Shown here one piece after another: positions 8,985 through 18,030 of a stretch of DNA of 64,000 nucleotides (positions within the stretch are counted from its first letter, which is position 1; every line of letters starts with the position of its first letter). The stretch comes from an uncultured bacterium (GTDB lineage Bacteria > Muiribacteriota > UBA6191 > CAZXTJ01 > CAYOHP01). A program made the translations under genes and the position numbers. The notes beneath the pieces are model-generated. The model was not told the origin of the DNA. It saw only the letters and a program-made list of their open reading frames with translations, and did not search any database. The stretch covers positions 1,257 to 65,256 of the forward strand of contig CAYOHP010000027.1 of assembly GCA_964403795.1 (NCBI GenBank), read 5' to 3'.

Positions 8985-9013
8985 AGCATAGCGAGCGGTC
9001 CCGGAGTTGGCAA
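8985..9013 (-). promoter_or_regulatory. Sigma70-type promoter for the HAD-kinase-PLC operon
   Basis: Minus strand TTGCCA-N17-TATGCT. Confidence 0.55.
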
Positions 9014-9040
9014 GGGAGTATTCTCGGGCCGGAGGCTCCC

Positions 9041-9964
9041 GTGGATCTGGTGGCCGGTGCGATGCTCGTCGCAGGAGGAGCCTGGATCGCTTCTTCCGCG
9101 ATCGGCCTCGCCCTCTGGAGCGCTTCCTCGGTCCGCCGACGGTCCCTGGCGAGCGCTCCGGCCATGGATCTCTCTCCCGAGGCCTTCGAGGTGACCTTCC
9201 GGACCGCCGACGGGATGAGGATCGAAGGGGTCCTGGCACCTCCCAGGGGGAATGCCCCGGTCCTCATCCTCCAGCACGGGCAGGGCGGGACCAGGGACTC
9301 GGCCCTGGTCCTGGGACGACCGTTCGCGGCTGCGGGCTACGGGGTCCTGGCCTTCGACTGGAGGGCCCATGGTCGCTCCGGGGGCCGATGGATCCATTTC
9401 GGGGCCCATGAACATCGAGACCTCACCGGGGCGGTCGAGTTCCTCGCGACCCATGCCGGGACCCGGGGGCGTCCCGTGGGGGTCTATGCCTGCAGTCTGG
9501 GCGCGGCGGCCGCCGCCATGGCGGCCCCGGACCTGGGGCCCCAGGTGGGGGCGATGGTCCTGGACTGCGCCTACGGCTGCCTGGGTCGGATGACCGCCTA
9601 CCGACTCTCCCACCTGCCCGCGGTCCGGTTCCCGGCCAAGCTGGCGATCGACTTCGCAGGTCGCCTGGTCTCGGGGACGACCCCCGGGAGCGTCGTCCCG
9701 GAACGGAACCTGGCGGCCTTCGCACCGAGGCCGCTCATGGTCTGCCACGGAACCCTCGACCGGGTCATCCCGGTGGACGAGGGGCGCCGGGTCTTCGCCA
9801 GCTACCCGGGGCCCAAGGAGTACTGGGAGAGCGACGACGACGGTCACGTCTCGGCCCGGGAGACCAAGTCCCGGGAGTGGCTGGCGAGGGTGGCGGGCTT
9901 CTTCGCCCGGCACCTGCGGGAGGCTCCCGGGATGGAACGGGTCCTGGAAGTTGCCCGGGGCTGA
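9041..9964 (+). CDS. Alpha/beta hydrolase with N-terminal membrane anchor
   Basis: GGAGG SD before GTG 9041; HG, AFDWRAHGRS, ACSLG nucleophile, HGTLD, H. Confidence 0.8.
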   Translation: MDLVAGAMLVAGGAWIASSAIGLALWSASSVRRRSLASAPAMDLSPEAFEVTFRTADGMRIEGVLAPPRGNAPVLILQHGQGGTRDSALVLGRPFAAAGYGVLAFDWRAHGRSGGRWIHFGAHEHRDLTGAVEFLATHAGTRGRPVGVYACSLGAAAAAMAAPDLGPQVGAMVLDCAYGCLGRMTAYRLSHLPAVRFPAKLAIDFAGRLVSGTTPGSVVPERNLAAFAPRPLMVCHGTLDRVIPVDEGRRVFASYPGPKEYWESDDDGHVSARETKSREWLARVAGFFARHLREAPGMERVLEVARG

Positions 9965-9981
9965 CTCCGGGGAGGGCGGAG

Positions 9982-10293
9982 ATGGCGCACTGCCGGTACG
10001 AGGAGCTCGAGGACCTGGAGGGGATCCTCGTCGAGATCCGATCCTGGGAGGGGATCCGGGAGCCCAAGCCGGGAATCTTCTACCTGGGGGGGAAGGGGTT
10101 CCTGCACTTCCACAGCAAGGGGGAGGAGAGGTGGGCCGACATCCGTGCCGGCCGGGACTGGGGGACGCCCGTCGGGATCCCGCGCCACGCTCCCGGGGGC
10201 GCGCTGCCGGCCTTCCTCGGAATCGTGAGGGAGAGGTACCTGGCGACCCGGGCATGGAAGGAGCCCCGCAAGGACAGGAAGGATCGGGGCTGA
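9982..10293 (+). CDS. Small hypothetical protein
   Basis: GGAG SD, high-GC3 codon usage, GIFY..GKGFLHFH motif. Confidence 0.55.
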   Translation: MAHCRYEELEDLEGILVEIRSWEGIREPKPGIFYLGGKGFLHFHSKGEERWADIRAGRDWGTPVGIPRHAPGGALPAFLGIVRERYLATRAWKEPRKDRKDRG

Positions 10294-10456
10294 GAGCCCG
10301 TGAATCTCTCCCCGACGGGCTTCGAGCGCCCCATCATCCCCGCCTGCGGCAGCGCTCTCCTCGCAGGCAGGATCCGCTGCCCGCTTCGTCGATCGCCTTG
10401 CAGACGGGGCGCTGGGTCGCTCTCGGGCCGACGCCGGGGAGAGGTTCACGGGCTCT
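10293..10456. mobile_element. MITE-like element with 22-bp terminal inverted repeats
   Basis: agagcccgtgaatctctccccg ... cggggagaggttcacgggctct (1 mismatch); non-coding interior with nested IRs (agcgcccc/ggggcgct, gcctgcg/cgcaggc). Confidence 0.7.
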
Positions 10457-10472
10457 AAGTCGGGGAGCCGCC

Positions 10473-10481
10473 TGCTACCTT
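10473..10481 (+). promoter_or_regulatory. Extended -10 (TG-c-TACCTT) 7 nt before ATG 10489; possible leaderless mRNA
   Basis: Direct sequence; no SD before the ATG. Confidence 0.4.
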
Positions 10482-10488
10482 TCGGGCG

Positions 10489-12477
10489 ATGGCGAGTGAG
10501 GACGACCCGCTGGTCACGGCCGAGCGATCCCGGGCCCTCCGGGCCCTGGAACGGGTGCGGCTCTTCCGGGGGCTGCCGCGGGAGATGATCGAGGAGGCGG
10601 CCGCCAACCTCCACGAGGTCCGGTTCGCCAAGGGGGGTAGGCTCGCGATCCAGGGGGAGAGGCTCGAACAGGCGCTCCTGATCGTCCTCTCGGGGCGGGT
10701 CCGGCTGCTGGACCAGGAGGGCGGGGAGACGCCCCGGATCGTGGCCTTCCTGGGGCCGGGGGACGTCTACGGGTCGTTGGAACTGCTGACGGGCGGTCCG
10801 TCCCGGGCGACCGCCGAGGCCCTGATCGATACCGTCACCATGGCCCTGCCGCACCGGGCCTTCCACGCCCTGCTGGCGGGCTACCCGTCGGCGGCACTGC
10901 TGCTGGCTCGCATGCTCGGGCGTCGGCTGGAGGCCTGGACCTCGCGGCGGGGGCGGCGGCGGACCGCCGTCTTCCTCGGGGTGTGGGCGCCGCAGGAGGG
11001 GCCGCTCGCCACCCTGGCGGCGCTGGCCTTGGCCAGGGCCGTGGAGGAGGTGGCGGGGAGCCGGGTGCTGCTGCTCGACACCGCCTATGCCGGGCCCCGG
11101 CCCGGGGACGGGGGCGCAGGCCTGGTCCGCTCGCTCGGCGAACTCACCGATGCGAGGGGCGATGTGGACCCGGAGCTGTTGCGATCCCGGGTATTGCATG
11201 CCGACCAGGGGCTCTCGTTCGTCCAGCTCGGGATCCCCGAGGACGAGCTGGATCGGCTCGGGGCCACCGTGTTCCCGGCGCTCCTGGGCGAGGCCAAGAG
11301 CCTGGCGTCCTACGTGGTGATGAGCCTGGCAGGGAGGTTGACGCCGGGTCGGAGGGCAGTGGTCGAGCAGCTCGAGCAACGGATGGCGGTCGTCACCCCC
11401 GAGGACCTGGGCGAACCGGATCGGCTCCGGGAGCTCTCCACGCTCCCGGGCGAGGGGACGACCTTCGGTCTGGTGCTGCCCGAGGGGAAGGCTCCCGTCG
11501 ATCCCGCCGTGTTCCGGACCCTGACCGGGAGGGAGCGGGGATTCGTGCTGCCGTTCCGGGATGCCTCGACCCGGAGCGTGCTGCGGTTGATGCCCTATCC
11601 CAGCGAGGCGCTCTCGCCCGAGGAGCCGGCTATGGTGCGGGCCCGTTCCCTGGCCCGTCGGGTGACCCGCCGCCGGGTCGGGGTCTGCCTGGGGTCGGGG
11701 ACCGCGCTGGGATGGGCCCACATCGGTGTGCTCAAGGTACTGGAGCGGGAAGGGATCCCGATCGACTGCATGTCGGCCAGTTCGATGGGGTCCATCGTGG
11801 CGTCCATGTACGCCTCGGGCTGGGGGACCCAGCGGATGGAGGAGTTCGCCGGGTCGGTCACCCGGGAGAAGCTCGACGAGCTCACCGACTTGAACTGGCC
11901 GATCATGCGCGATGGGCTGATCCGGGGGGACCGGCTGCTCGCGTTCTTCGAGGGGATCTTCGAAGGCCGCGACCTGGAGGACCTGGAGATCCCTCTCCTG
12001 ATCCAGGCCTGCGACCTGGGTGCGGGGCGGCCCCACATCTTCCGGACCGGTCCGGTGGCCGAGGCGGTGCGGGCCTCGATCTCGCTCCCCGGGATCTTCC
12101 GCATGGTGGCCCATGGGGACCGTTACCTGGTCGACGGCGGGGTCCACGACACCTTGCCGATCGAGCCGCTGCGCGGCCTCGGAGGCGACCTGGTGATCGC
12201 GGTGAACACCACCCAGGATCCCCGCCAGAGCGAGGCGGCGGCCGGGGATGTCGGGGCCTACAACCTCTTCGACGTGTTCCTCCGGTCGCTCGAGGTGATG
12301 CAGCAGCGGCGCACCGGGTTCGAGGGGAGGAATGCCGACGTGGTCATCCAGCCGAGGATCCGGGACGTGACCTGGCGCGAGCTGTGGCGGGCAAAGGAGC
12401 TGATCGGGTTCGGCGAAGAAGCGGCCGAGGCTTCCCTGGACGAGGTCCTCCGGGTGCTGCACAAGCCCCCGGTGTGA
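10489..12477 (+). CDS. cNMP-binding domain + patatin-like phospholipase (NTE/RssA family)
   Basis: LGPGDVYGSLELL...SRATA (cNMP); GSGTALGWAHIG, ASSMG, DGG (patatin). Confidence 0.9.
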   Translation: MASEDDPLVTAERSRALRALERVRLFRGLPREMIEEAAANLHEVRFAKGGRLAIQGERLEQALLIVLSGRVRLLDQEGGETPRIVAFLGPGDVYGSLELLTGGPSRATAEALIDTVTMALPHRAFHALLAGYPSAALLLARMLGRRLEAWTSRRGRRRTAVFLGVWAPQEGPLATLAALALARAVEEVAGSRVLLLDTAYAGPRPGDGGAGLVRSLGELTDARGDVDPELLRSRVLHADQGLSFVQLGIPEDELDRLGATVFPALLGEAKSLASYVVMSLAGRLTPGRRAVVEQLEQRMAVVTPEDLGEPDRLRELSTLPGEGTTFGLVLPEGKAPVDPAVFRTLTGRERGFVLPFRDASTRSVLRLMPYPSEALSPEEPAMVRARSLARRVTRRRVGVCLGSGTALGWAHIGVLKVLEREGIPIDCMSASSMGSIVASMYASGWGTQRMEEFAGSVTREKLDELTDLNWPIMRDGLIRGDRLLAFFEGIFEGRDLEDLEIPLLIQACDLGAGRPHIFRTGPVAEAVRASISLPGIFRMVAHGDRYLVDGGVHDTLPIEPLRGLGGDLVIAVNTTQDPRQSEAAAGDVGAYNLFDVFLRSLEVMQQRRTGFEGRNADVVIQPRIRDVTWRELWRAKELIGFGEEAAEASLDEVLRVLHKPPV

Positions 12478-12514
12478 GGTCTGCTAGGGTGGAGCGCGAC
12501 GGAAGGAATCGACG

Positions 12515-12721
12515 ATGAAGGTCGGAGCGCGCAACCAGGCCGTGGGCACCGTGACCGCGATCGCCAAGGACAAGGTCATGTGCCAGGTGAAGCTCGACGT
12601 CCCTGCCTCCCAGCTGCAGAGCGTCATGACCACCGAGAGCGCCGACGAGATGGGCCTCAAGGTCGGCGACAAGGCCCGGGTGGTCGTGAAGGCCATCCAT
12701 GTGCTCCTGATCAAGGAGTAG
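12515..12721 (+). CDS. TOBE/Mop molybdate-binding protein
   Basis: MKVGARNQAVGTV, SVMTTESADEMGLKVGD, VVKAIHV. Confidence 0.85.
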   Translation: MKVGARNQAVGTVTAIAKDKVMCQVKLDVPASQLQSVMTTESADEMGLKVGDKARVVVKAIHVLLIKE

Positions 12722-12737
12722 GGGCCCGGCTCCCTGG

Positions 12738-14270
12738 TCAGCGCTGGTAGGTGCCGCGCTGCCAGCGCGCCATGATCTGGGGGGCGTACTTGGTGCGGGC
12801 GAAGCTCCCCGGGTTGGGGCCGCCGTTGTACATGGCGACGGCATGCTGCAGGGCGGGCATCCCGGTGGTTCCCCGCGGCATGAAGCGGGTCATCCACTTG
12901 TTCATGTCCATGGCGAAGGCCTGGAAGTGGCTGCCGGGCTCGTAGGGATTCTGCTGGCTCCAGTACTCCTTCCAGTTGCCCATCATGAGCTGGGAGCCTC
13001 CGATGGCCCCGCAGTTCGAGCGCAGCGGCTGGAAGTCGCCCCAGTGGTGCTGGTTCGACTCCTGGTCGAGTAGGCTTCGGATCAGCCCGATCTCCTGCTC
13101 GGGGGAGAGGGTCACCCCGATCGCCTCCGTGTTCATGGTGGCCGCCGCCTGGGTCACCCATCCGGTCCACTGGCTGCGGGTGGTCTTCCAGTCGACCAGG
13201 GGCATGCTCCCGGACTGTTGGAGCGCGGCGGCCAGCAGCTGGGACTCGGTGAAGAGGGCGTCCCTCACCCGGATCCTGGTCCTGCTCCCGGCGACCCCGT
13301 CGAGGTCCTCGGACTCGCTCCCCCCCGGGGTGAAGATCCAGCCCCCGATCATCGCCCGCAGTGCGGCGCGGTAGAGGGCGGGGTCCCGGACGCCCTGGAT
13401 GGGGGTGGCGGAGACCTTCCCCGGGCGGATGAAGTGCTGGTCCAGGTAGCTCCGGGACTTGTAGAAGCCCATGGCCTCGAGCAGGTGGTCGGCGACCTGG
13501 GGAGTGATCTCGGCGGGACTCGCCGGGTAGGGCTTGCCGAGCAGGCGCTGTACCTGGGCGAAGGGGCCGGGGAGGGCGCCGGTACCGGCTCCGGGGGTGA
13601 GGGTCGAGGGGAGCGGGGCGGGGACCGATGCTCCGCTCCAGGTCGCGGGGGCGAAGGGGTCGGTGCCTCCCTGGCCCAGGATCCCGGGTCCGCTCCCCGG
13701 CGAGGGCCAGGAGGAGGAGTTCGAGGGGAGAGGCGAGAACCACGGGGTCTGCTGGCCACCCGGGGACCAGGGTGGCAGGACCGGCCTCGGCTGGAAGGTG
13801 TTCCCCGCGCCCAGGAGGGTGGCGAGGATCTGGGAGAACGGGTCGGTGCTTCCGGTCGGGAAGGTCGTGCCGATCTGGGCGCCGGGCCAGGGTCGACTGG
13901 CGAGTACGGGAGATCCGAGCGAACTGGCGCAGCCGTAGCAGGGCGGCATGCCGACCTGGGGGGCGCCGTTTGCAGACCCCTGGCTGGCCGCGGCCATGAC
14001 GATCAGGATGGCGACGAAGATCCCGATCAGCATGGCGGGGTCGAGCTTCCCACCGGACTTGGGTGGCGGCATCATCCCCGGGGGTGGCGGGAGGGGGGGA
14101 GGCGCGAGGACCGGCGGCTTGGGGGGCAGGGGGGCAGGGATGCTCGGGGGGCGGGTCCCGATCGAGGTGCTCTGGGCGTAGCCGCGACCGGGGACCAGGA
14201 GGAGGCAGGCCGACAGGGCAGCGGCCTTCCCCACGGTCGTGCCGAAGGGGATCCGGTCAACGAGCGACAT
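12738..14270 (-). CDS. Secreted Pro/Gly-rich protein with C-terminal lytic transglycosylase (SLT)-like domain
   Basis: Signal peptide; LLDQES (catalytic E), GAIGGSQLM, AMYNGGP. Confidence 0.65.
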   Translation of the reverse strand: MSLVDRIPFGTTVGKAAALSACLLLVPGRGYAQSTSIGTRPPSIPAPLPPKPPVLAPPPLPPPPGMMPPPKSGGKLDPAMLIGIFVAILIVMAAASQGSANGAPQVGMPPCYGCASSLGSPVLASRPWPGAQIGTTFPTGSTDPFSQILATLLGAGNTFQPRPVLPPWSPGGQQTPWFSPLPSNSSSWPSPGSGPGILGQGGTDPFAPATWSGASVPAPLPSTLTPGAGTGALPGPFAQVQRLLGKPYPASPAEITPQVADHLLEAMGFYKSRSYLDQHFIRPGKVSATPIQGVRDPALYRAALRAMIGGWIFTPGGSESEDLDGVAGSRTRIRVRDALFTESQLLAAALQQSGSMPLVDWKTTRSQWTGWVTQAAATMNTEAIGVTLSPEQEIGLIRSLLDQESNQHHWGDFQPLRSNCGAIGGSQLMMGNWKEYWSQQNPYEPGSHFQAFAMDMNKWMTRFMPRGTTGMPALQHAVAMYNGGPNPGSFARTKYAPQIMARWQRGTYQR

Positions 14271-15009
14271 CGGAACCCTCCTGGATGGGCGACCGGGCCG
14301 GGGCCACGATCGCCTCGAGATCCTTCGGGGCGATCCCCTGGGCGATCGCCTGGCGGGAGGCCATCGAGACGAGGCGCCGGGCGGCGCCTTCGGAGAGTTC
14401 TCCTTGCGTCTCCCGGTGGGTGGCGAGCAGCTCCGGGATGCGGGCGGATTCGCCGGTGAGCAGGAAGTCCTCGACGATCGACAGTAACTGCCGTTCGCCG
14501 GTCCAGGTCTCGACCTGCTTGGACGCCAGGGTCACGCCCTGGATCCCTCCCAGGCGGAGGCGTTCGACGAGGTGGGCGGGAGAGCCGACAAGGCCGTGGG
14601 CGGGGAGGGCCCGCCGGATCTCCAGGAGCCGCTCGCCGCGCTCGGGGTCGGGTCGGAGCCAGGTCACCCGGGGGGAGATCCAGTAGAACTCCTCGTCCGG
14701 GGGCCAGACCATCGAGAGGCGCTCGGAGGGGTCGAGGACCCAGAGCTCCGGGAAGCGCTCGGTGCCGTGGGGGAAGCCCTTCCAGAGGAGGAGCCAGGCG
14801 GGTCGGCCTTCGACCTCGAGGTCCACGATCTCGTCGACCATGCGACCGAAGCGGCGATGGAGGACGAAGCCCTCGCCTTCCGGGCTCCGGGCCACCACCA
14901 CCCCGTGATGGTCGCGGGTGTCGTAGTCGACCGCGAAGGGGCGGGGGGAGGCCCAGCCGGTACCGCAGAGGAGGAGTGCGAGGAAGGTTCGGAGGAGGTG
15001 GGAAGACAT
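14257..15009 (-). CDS. Secreted hypothetical protein
   Basis: Signal peptide MSSHLLRTFLALLLCGTGWA; 3' end overlaps start of the SLT gene. Confidence 0.6.
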   Translation of the reverse strand: MSSHLLRTFLALLLCGTGWASPRPFAVDYDTRDHHGVVVARSPEGEGFVLHRRFGRMVDEIVDLEVEGRPAWLLLWKGFPHGTERFPELWVLDPSERLSMVWPPDEEFYWISPRVTWLRPDPERGERLLEIRRALPAHGLVGSPAHLVERLRLGGIQGVTLASKQVETWTGERQLLSIVEDFLLTGESARIPELLATHRETQGELSEGAARRLVSMASRQAIAQGIAPKDLEAIVAPARSPIQEGSDVAR

Positions 15010-15027
15010 GGGTGCACCCCGGGGGAA

Positions 15028-15042
15028 GCAGGTTGCATGCCA
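15028..15042 (-). promoter_or_regulatory. Putative sigma54 (-24/-12) promoter
   Basis: TGGCATGCAACCTGC(T) = GG-N10-GC, about 18 nt upstream of ATG 15009. Confidence 0.55.
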
Positions 15043-15204
15043 GATGGACCAGCGGAAGGGACCCGCATCCAGAGCCGGTCTCGCACTCCGTGTCTTCCGC
15101 GGTCGGCCTGCGGAGGAGACCCCGGCGACCTCTGAGACGGTCGCTGGATACACCTGGGCATGGGAGAGGGAGGGCCCTGGGGAAGGGCCTGGACCCTCCG
15201 GCCT

Positions 15205-15942
15205 TCAGGCGCGGTTCATCATGGCTGCCGCGTAGGCGGCGCCGAATCCGTTGTCGATGTTCACCACGGTGACCCCGCCAGGGCAGGAGTTGAGCATGGC
15301 CAGGAGGGCCGCCAGTCCGCCGAACGCCGCCCCGTAGCCGGCACTGGTCGGGACCGCGATCACGGGACGGTCCACCAGGCCTGCCACCACGCTGGGGAGC
15401 GCCCCTTCCATGCCGGCCACCACGATCAGGACCTGGGCGGCGCGCAGGCGGTCGAGGTGGCGGAGCAGGCGGTGGAGGCCGGCGACCCCCACGTCCTCGA
15501 TGGTCGAGACCGGCTGTCCCAGGACCCGGGCCGTGGTGGCGGCTTCCCGTGCCACGCGCTGGTCCGAGGTCCCGGCGGAGACCACCAGGACGGGACCGCG
15601 CCCTTTCGGGGTCGGGTCACGGACCAGGGCGAGGGTGCGCCCCAGAGGGTCGTACTCGGCCTCGGGAAGGGCAGCGAGGACCAGGTCGGCGGCCTCGGGC
15701 GAGGTGCGGGTCGAGAGCACGTTCGGGTTGCGGGCTGCCAGGCGGGAGAAGAGTTCCCGGATCTGCTCCGGGGTCTTGCCCTCGCCGTAGATCACCTCGG
15801 GGAAACCCCGGCGCCGGGTCCGGTCGTGGTCCAGGCAGGCGAAGCCGGTCTCCTCGAGGTGGGCGGCGGAGAGCCGGCGGAGCGCCTCGTCCCGATCGAT
15901 CTCGCCGCAGAGCAGGCTGTCGAGGACCCTGGATGGATCCAC
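15205..15942 (-). CDS. larB: Nickel-pincer cofactor biosynthesis carboxylase/hydrolase
   Basis: DHDRTRRRGFPEVIYGEGKT, SAGTSD, DVGVAGLHRL, AGMEGALPSVV, VPTSAGYG, VVNIDNGFGA. Confidence 0.95.
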   Translation of the reverse strand: MDPSRVLDSLLCGEIDRDEALRRLSAAHLEETGFACLDHDRTRRRGFPEVIYGEGKTPEQIRELFSRLAARNPNVLSTRTSPEAADLVLAALPEAEYDPLGRTLALVRDPTPKGRGPVLVVSAGTSDQRVAREAATTARVLGQPVSTIEDVGVAGLHRLLRHLDRLRAAQVLIVVAGMEGALPSVVAGLVDRPVIAVPTSAGYGAAFGGLAALLAMLNSCPGGVTVVNIDNGFGAAYAAAMMNRA

Positions 15943-16782
15943 CTAGACCGCCAGTCCGGAGGGGAGCGCACGGTTCAGCGAGCCCGAGGCCAGGCCCTCG
16001 AGGTCGAGCGAGACCCAGAGGTAGCCCGCGGCGCGGATGGCGGCGACCAGCTCCTGGCGACGGGCCAGGGCCTCGGCAAGGCGCTCGGCCGGGAGCTCGA
16101 GTCGCGCCAGGTCGCCGTGATGGCGGACCCTCAGGTCGTCGAACCCCAGGGAGTGGAGACCGGCCTCGGCCGCTTCGATGCGGGCCAGGATCCGGGGGTC
16201 GACCGGAGTCCCGTGGGGGACCCGGCTGGCGAGGCAGGGGGCAGCCGGCTTGGCGTGGTTGGGGAGGCCCAGGGCCAGCGCCAGCTCCCGGATGGCGGCC
16301 TTGCCGAGGCCGCACTCGATCAAGGGATGGCGGATCCGGTGTTCGGCCGCAGCCACCATGCCGGGCCGATGGCCTCCCAGGTCGTCGAGGTTGTCCCCGG
16401 TAACGATGGCCGAGAAACCTTCGCGTTCGGCCAGTTCCACCAGCCGGTCGAAGAGTTCGCTCTTGCAGTGGTAGCAGCGGTCGCCCCGGTTGGCGCGATA
16501 TCCGGGCCGGGAGACCTCGTCGGTGTCGAGCAGTCGGTGGGGGATTCCGATCCGGCTCGCCACTTCGGTCGCGAGGGCATGCTCCCGGGCCGCCAGGGAC
16601 GGGGAGACGCCGGTCACGGCCAGGCTCCGGGCTCCGTGGACCCGGTAGGCGACGGCGGCCACGAGGCTCGAGTCCACTCCGCCCGAGAGCGCCACCAGAG
16701 TGGGGCCGTACCCGCGGATCGTGGCCTCCAGCTGGAGGAGCGGCGCGCGGTGGCCGCCTTCCCCGGTCGATTCAGTCGTCAT
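15943..16782 (-). CDS. larE: ATP-dependent sacrificial sulfur transferase
   Basis: ALSGGVDS PP-loop, RCYHCK, GDNLDD, RPG, KPAAPCLASR, RVRHHG. Confidence 0.95.
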   Translation of the reverse strand: MTTESTGEGGHRAPLLQLEATIRGYGPTLVALSGGVDSSLVAAVAYRVHGARSLAVTGVSPSLAAREHALATEVASRIGIPHRLLDTDEVSRPGYRANRGDRCYHCKSELFDRLVELAEREGFSAIVTGDNLDDLGGHRPGMVAAAEHRIRHPLIECGLGKAAIRELALALGLPNHAKPAAPCLASRVPHGTPVDPRILARIEAAEAGLHSLGFDDLRVRHHGDLARLELPAERLAEALARRQELVAAIRAAGYLWVSLDLEGLASGSLNRALPSGLAV

Positions 16783-17941
16783 GGGGATCGGGACAGGATT
16801 CGACCGAGGCGGCCAGGGCCTCGGCCCGGACCTCCTGGAGCGGGATCCCGTGGCTGCGGGCGGCCCGGGCGCAGTCCTCGAATTCGGGCTTGGGGAGCGG
16901 TCGGCCCTCGGCCCACTTGAGGCGGATCGGGCCGAAACGGGTCTGGACCTCGCGCTCGCGCCGGGGGAGGAGATGGCGGTCCACCCACGACTCGCGCAGG
17001 CCCAGGGTCGGGGACTCGGCCAGGATCAGGCGGGCAAGGAGGTCGGCGCGATCGGGGGGGGCCAGGCAGGTGAGGGCGAGGCCGGGACGGCCCTTCTTCA
17101 TGGTCAGAGGGGAAAGGGCGACGTCGAGGGCGCCCTGTTCCAGCAGGCGCTCGGAGAGGAAGCCGAGGTCCTCCCCGAGGGCGTCGTCGAGATGGGCCTC
17201 GAGCACCGCGATCCGGTCCCGGCGGACCGGGTCGGCGGAGTCGAGGAGGCGGGTGAGGCGGAGGACGCTGGCGCTGCGGGTCCCGGCGCCGTAGCCACTG
17301 GCCGTGGCGGTGAGCGGGAGGCCGGTCGGGAGCGGACGGCCGTAGGCGGCCAGGATGGCGGCGCCGGTCGGGGTGACCATCTCGCCCTGGCCGGGGTCGA
17401 CCCGCCACGTGTATCCGGGGAGGAGTTCCAGGACCGCCGGGGCCGGGCAGGGGATCTCGCCGTGGGCGCATCGGATCGGGCCCTGGCCGGTGGGCAGCGG
17501 TCCGCAGAGGATCCGGTCGACGTGGAGACGGTGGAGGCCCAGGGCGACGCCGGTGATCTCGAGGATGGCGTCGGCGGCTCCGACCTCGTGGAAGTGGACC
17601 TCCTCGGGGTCGGTGCCATGGACCCTGGCTTCGGCCTCGGCCAGGCGGCGAAAGGCGTCGGAGGCGCCCCGGGCTGCATCGGGGGGGAGTCGGGCGCCGG
17701 CGATGCGCTCCAGGATCTCGCCCAGGTGGCGGTGCTCGTGTTCGGTCGGAAGGTCGTACCGCACCCAGCGGGCCCGCATGTGCCGGCGCTCCACCGTGTC
17801 GTCCAGGAGGGGGGCCTCGGGCAGGCCCAGGGCGCGGGGAAGGCGGTCGAGTTCGCCGGGGTCGAAGCCCAGGTCGACGAGACCTCCGAGCAGCATGTCG
17901 CCGGCGAGCCCGCCGTAGGGATCGAGCCAGAGTGCGTCCAC
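16772..17941 (-). CDS. larC: Nickel insertion protein
   Basis: GLAGDMLLG, HEHRH, VHFHEVGA.D, GEMVTPTGAA, MKKGRPG, KPEFED. Confidence 0.95.
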   Translation of the reverse strand: MDALWLDPYGGLAGDMLLGGLVDLGFDPGELDRLPRALGLPEAPLLDDTVERRHMRARWVRYDLPTEHEHRHLGEILERIAGARLPPDAARGASDAFRRLAEAEARVHGTDPEEVHFHEVGAADAILEITGVALGLHRLHVDRILCGPLPTGQGPIRCAHGEIPCPAPAVLELLPGYTWRVDPGQGEMVTPTGAAILAAYGRPLPTGLPLTATASGYGAGTRSASVLRLTRLLDSADPVRRDRIAVLEAHLDDALGEDLGFLSERLLEQGALDVALSPLTMKKGRPGLALTCLAPPDRADLLARLILAESPTLGLRESWVDRHLLPRREREVQTRFGPIRLKWAEGRPLPKPEFEDCARAARSHGIPLQEVRAEALAASVESCPDPHDD

Positions 17942-18030
17942 CGGGCCAGGTTACCACCGCGGCGCGAATCGGGTGGGAGCTCCCGAGGGAGCGCAGGGCC
18001 GAGGGAGCGAGCGGGTACTCTTGGGGCGTC

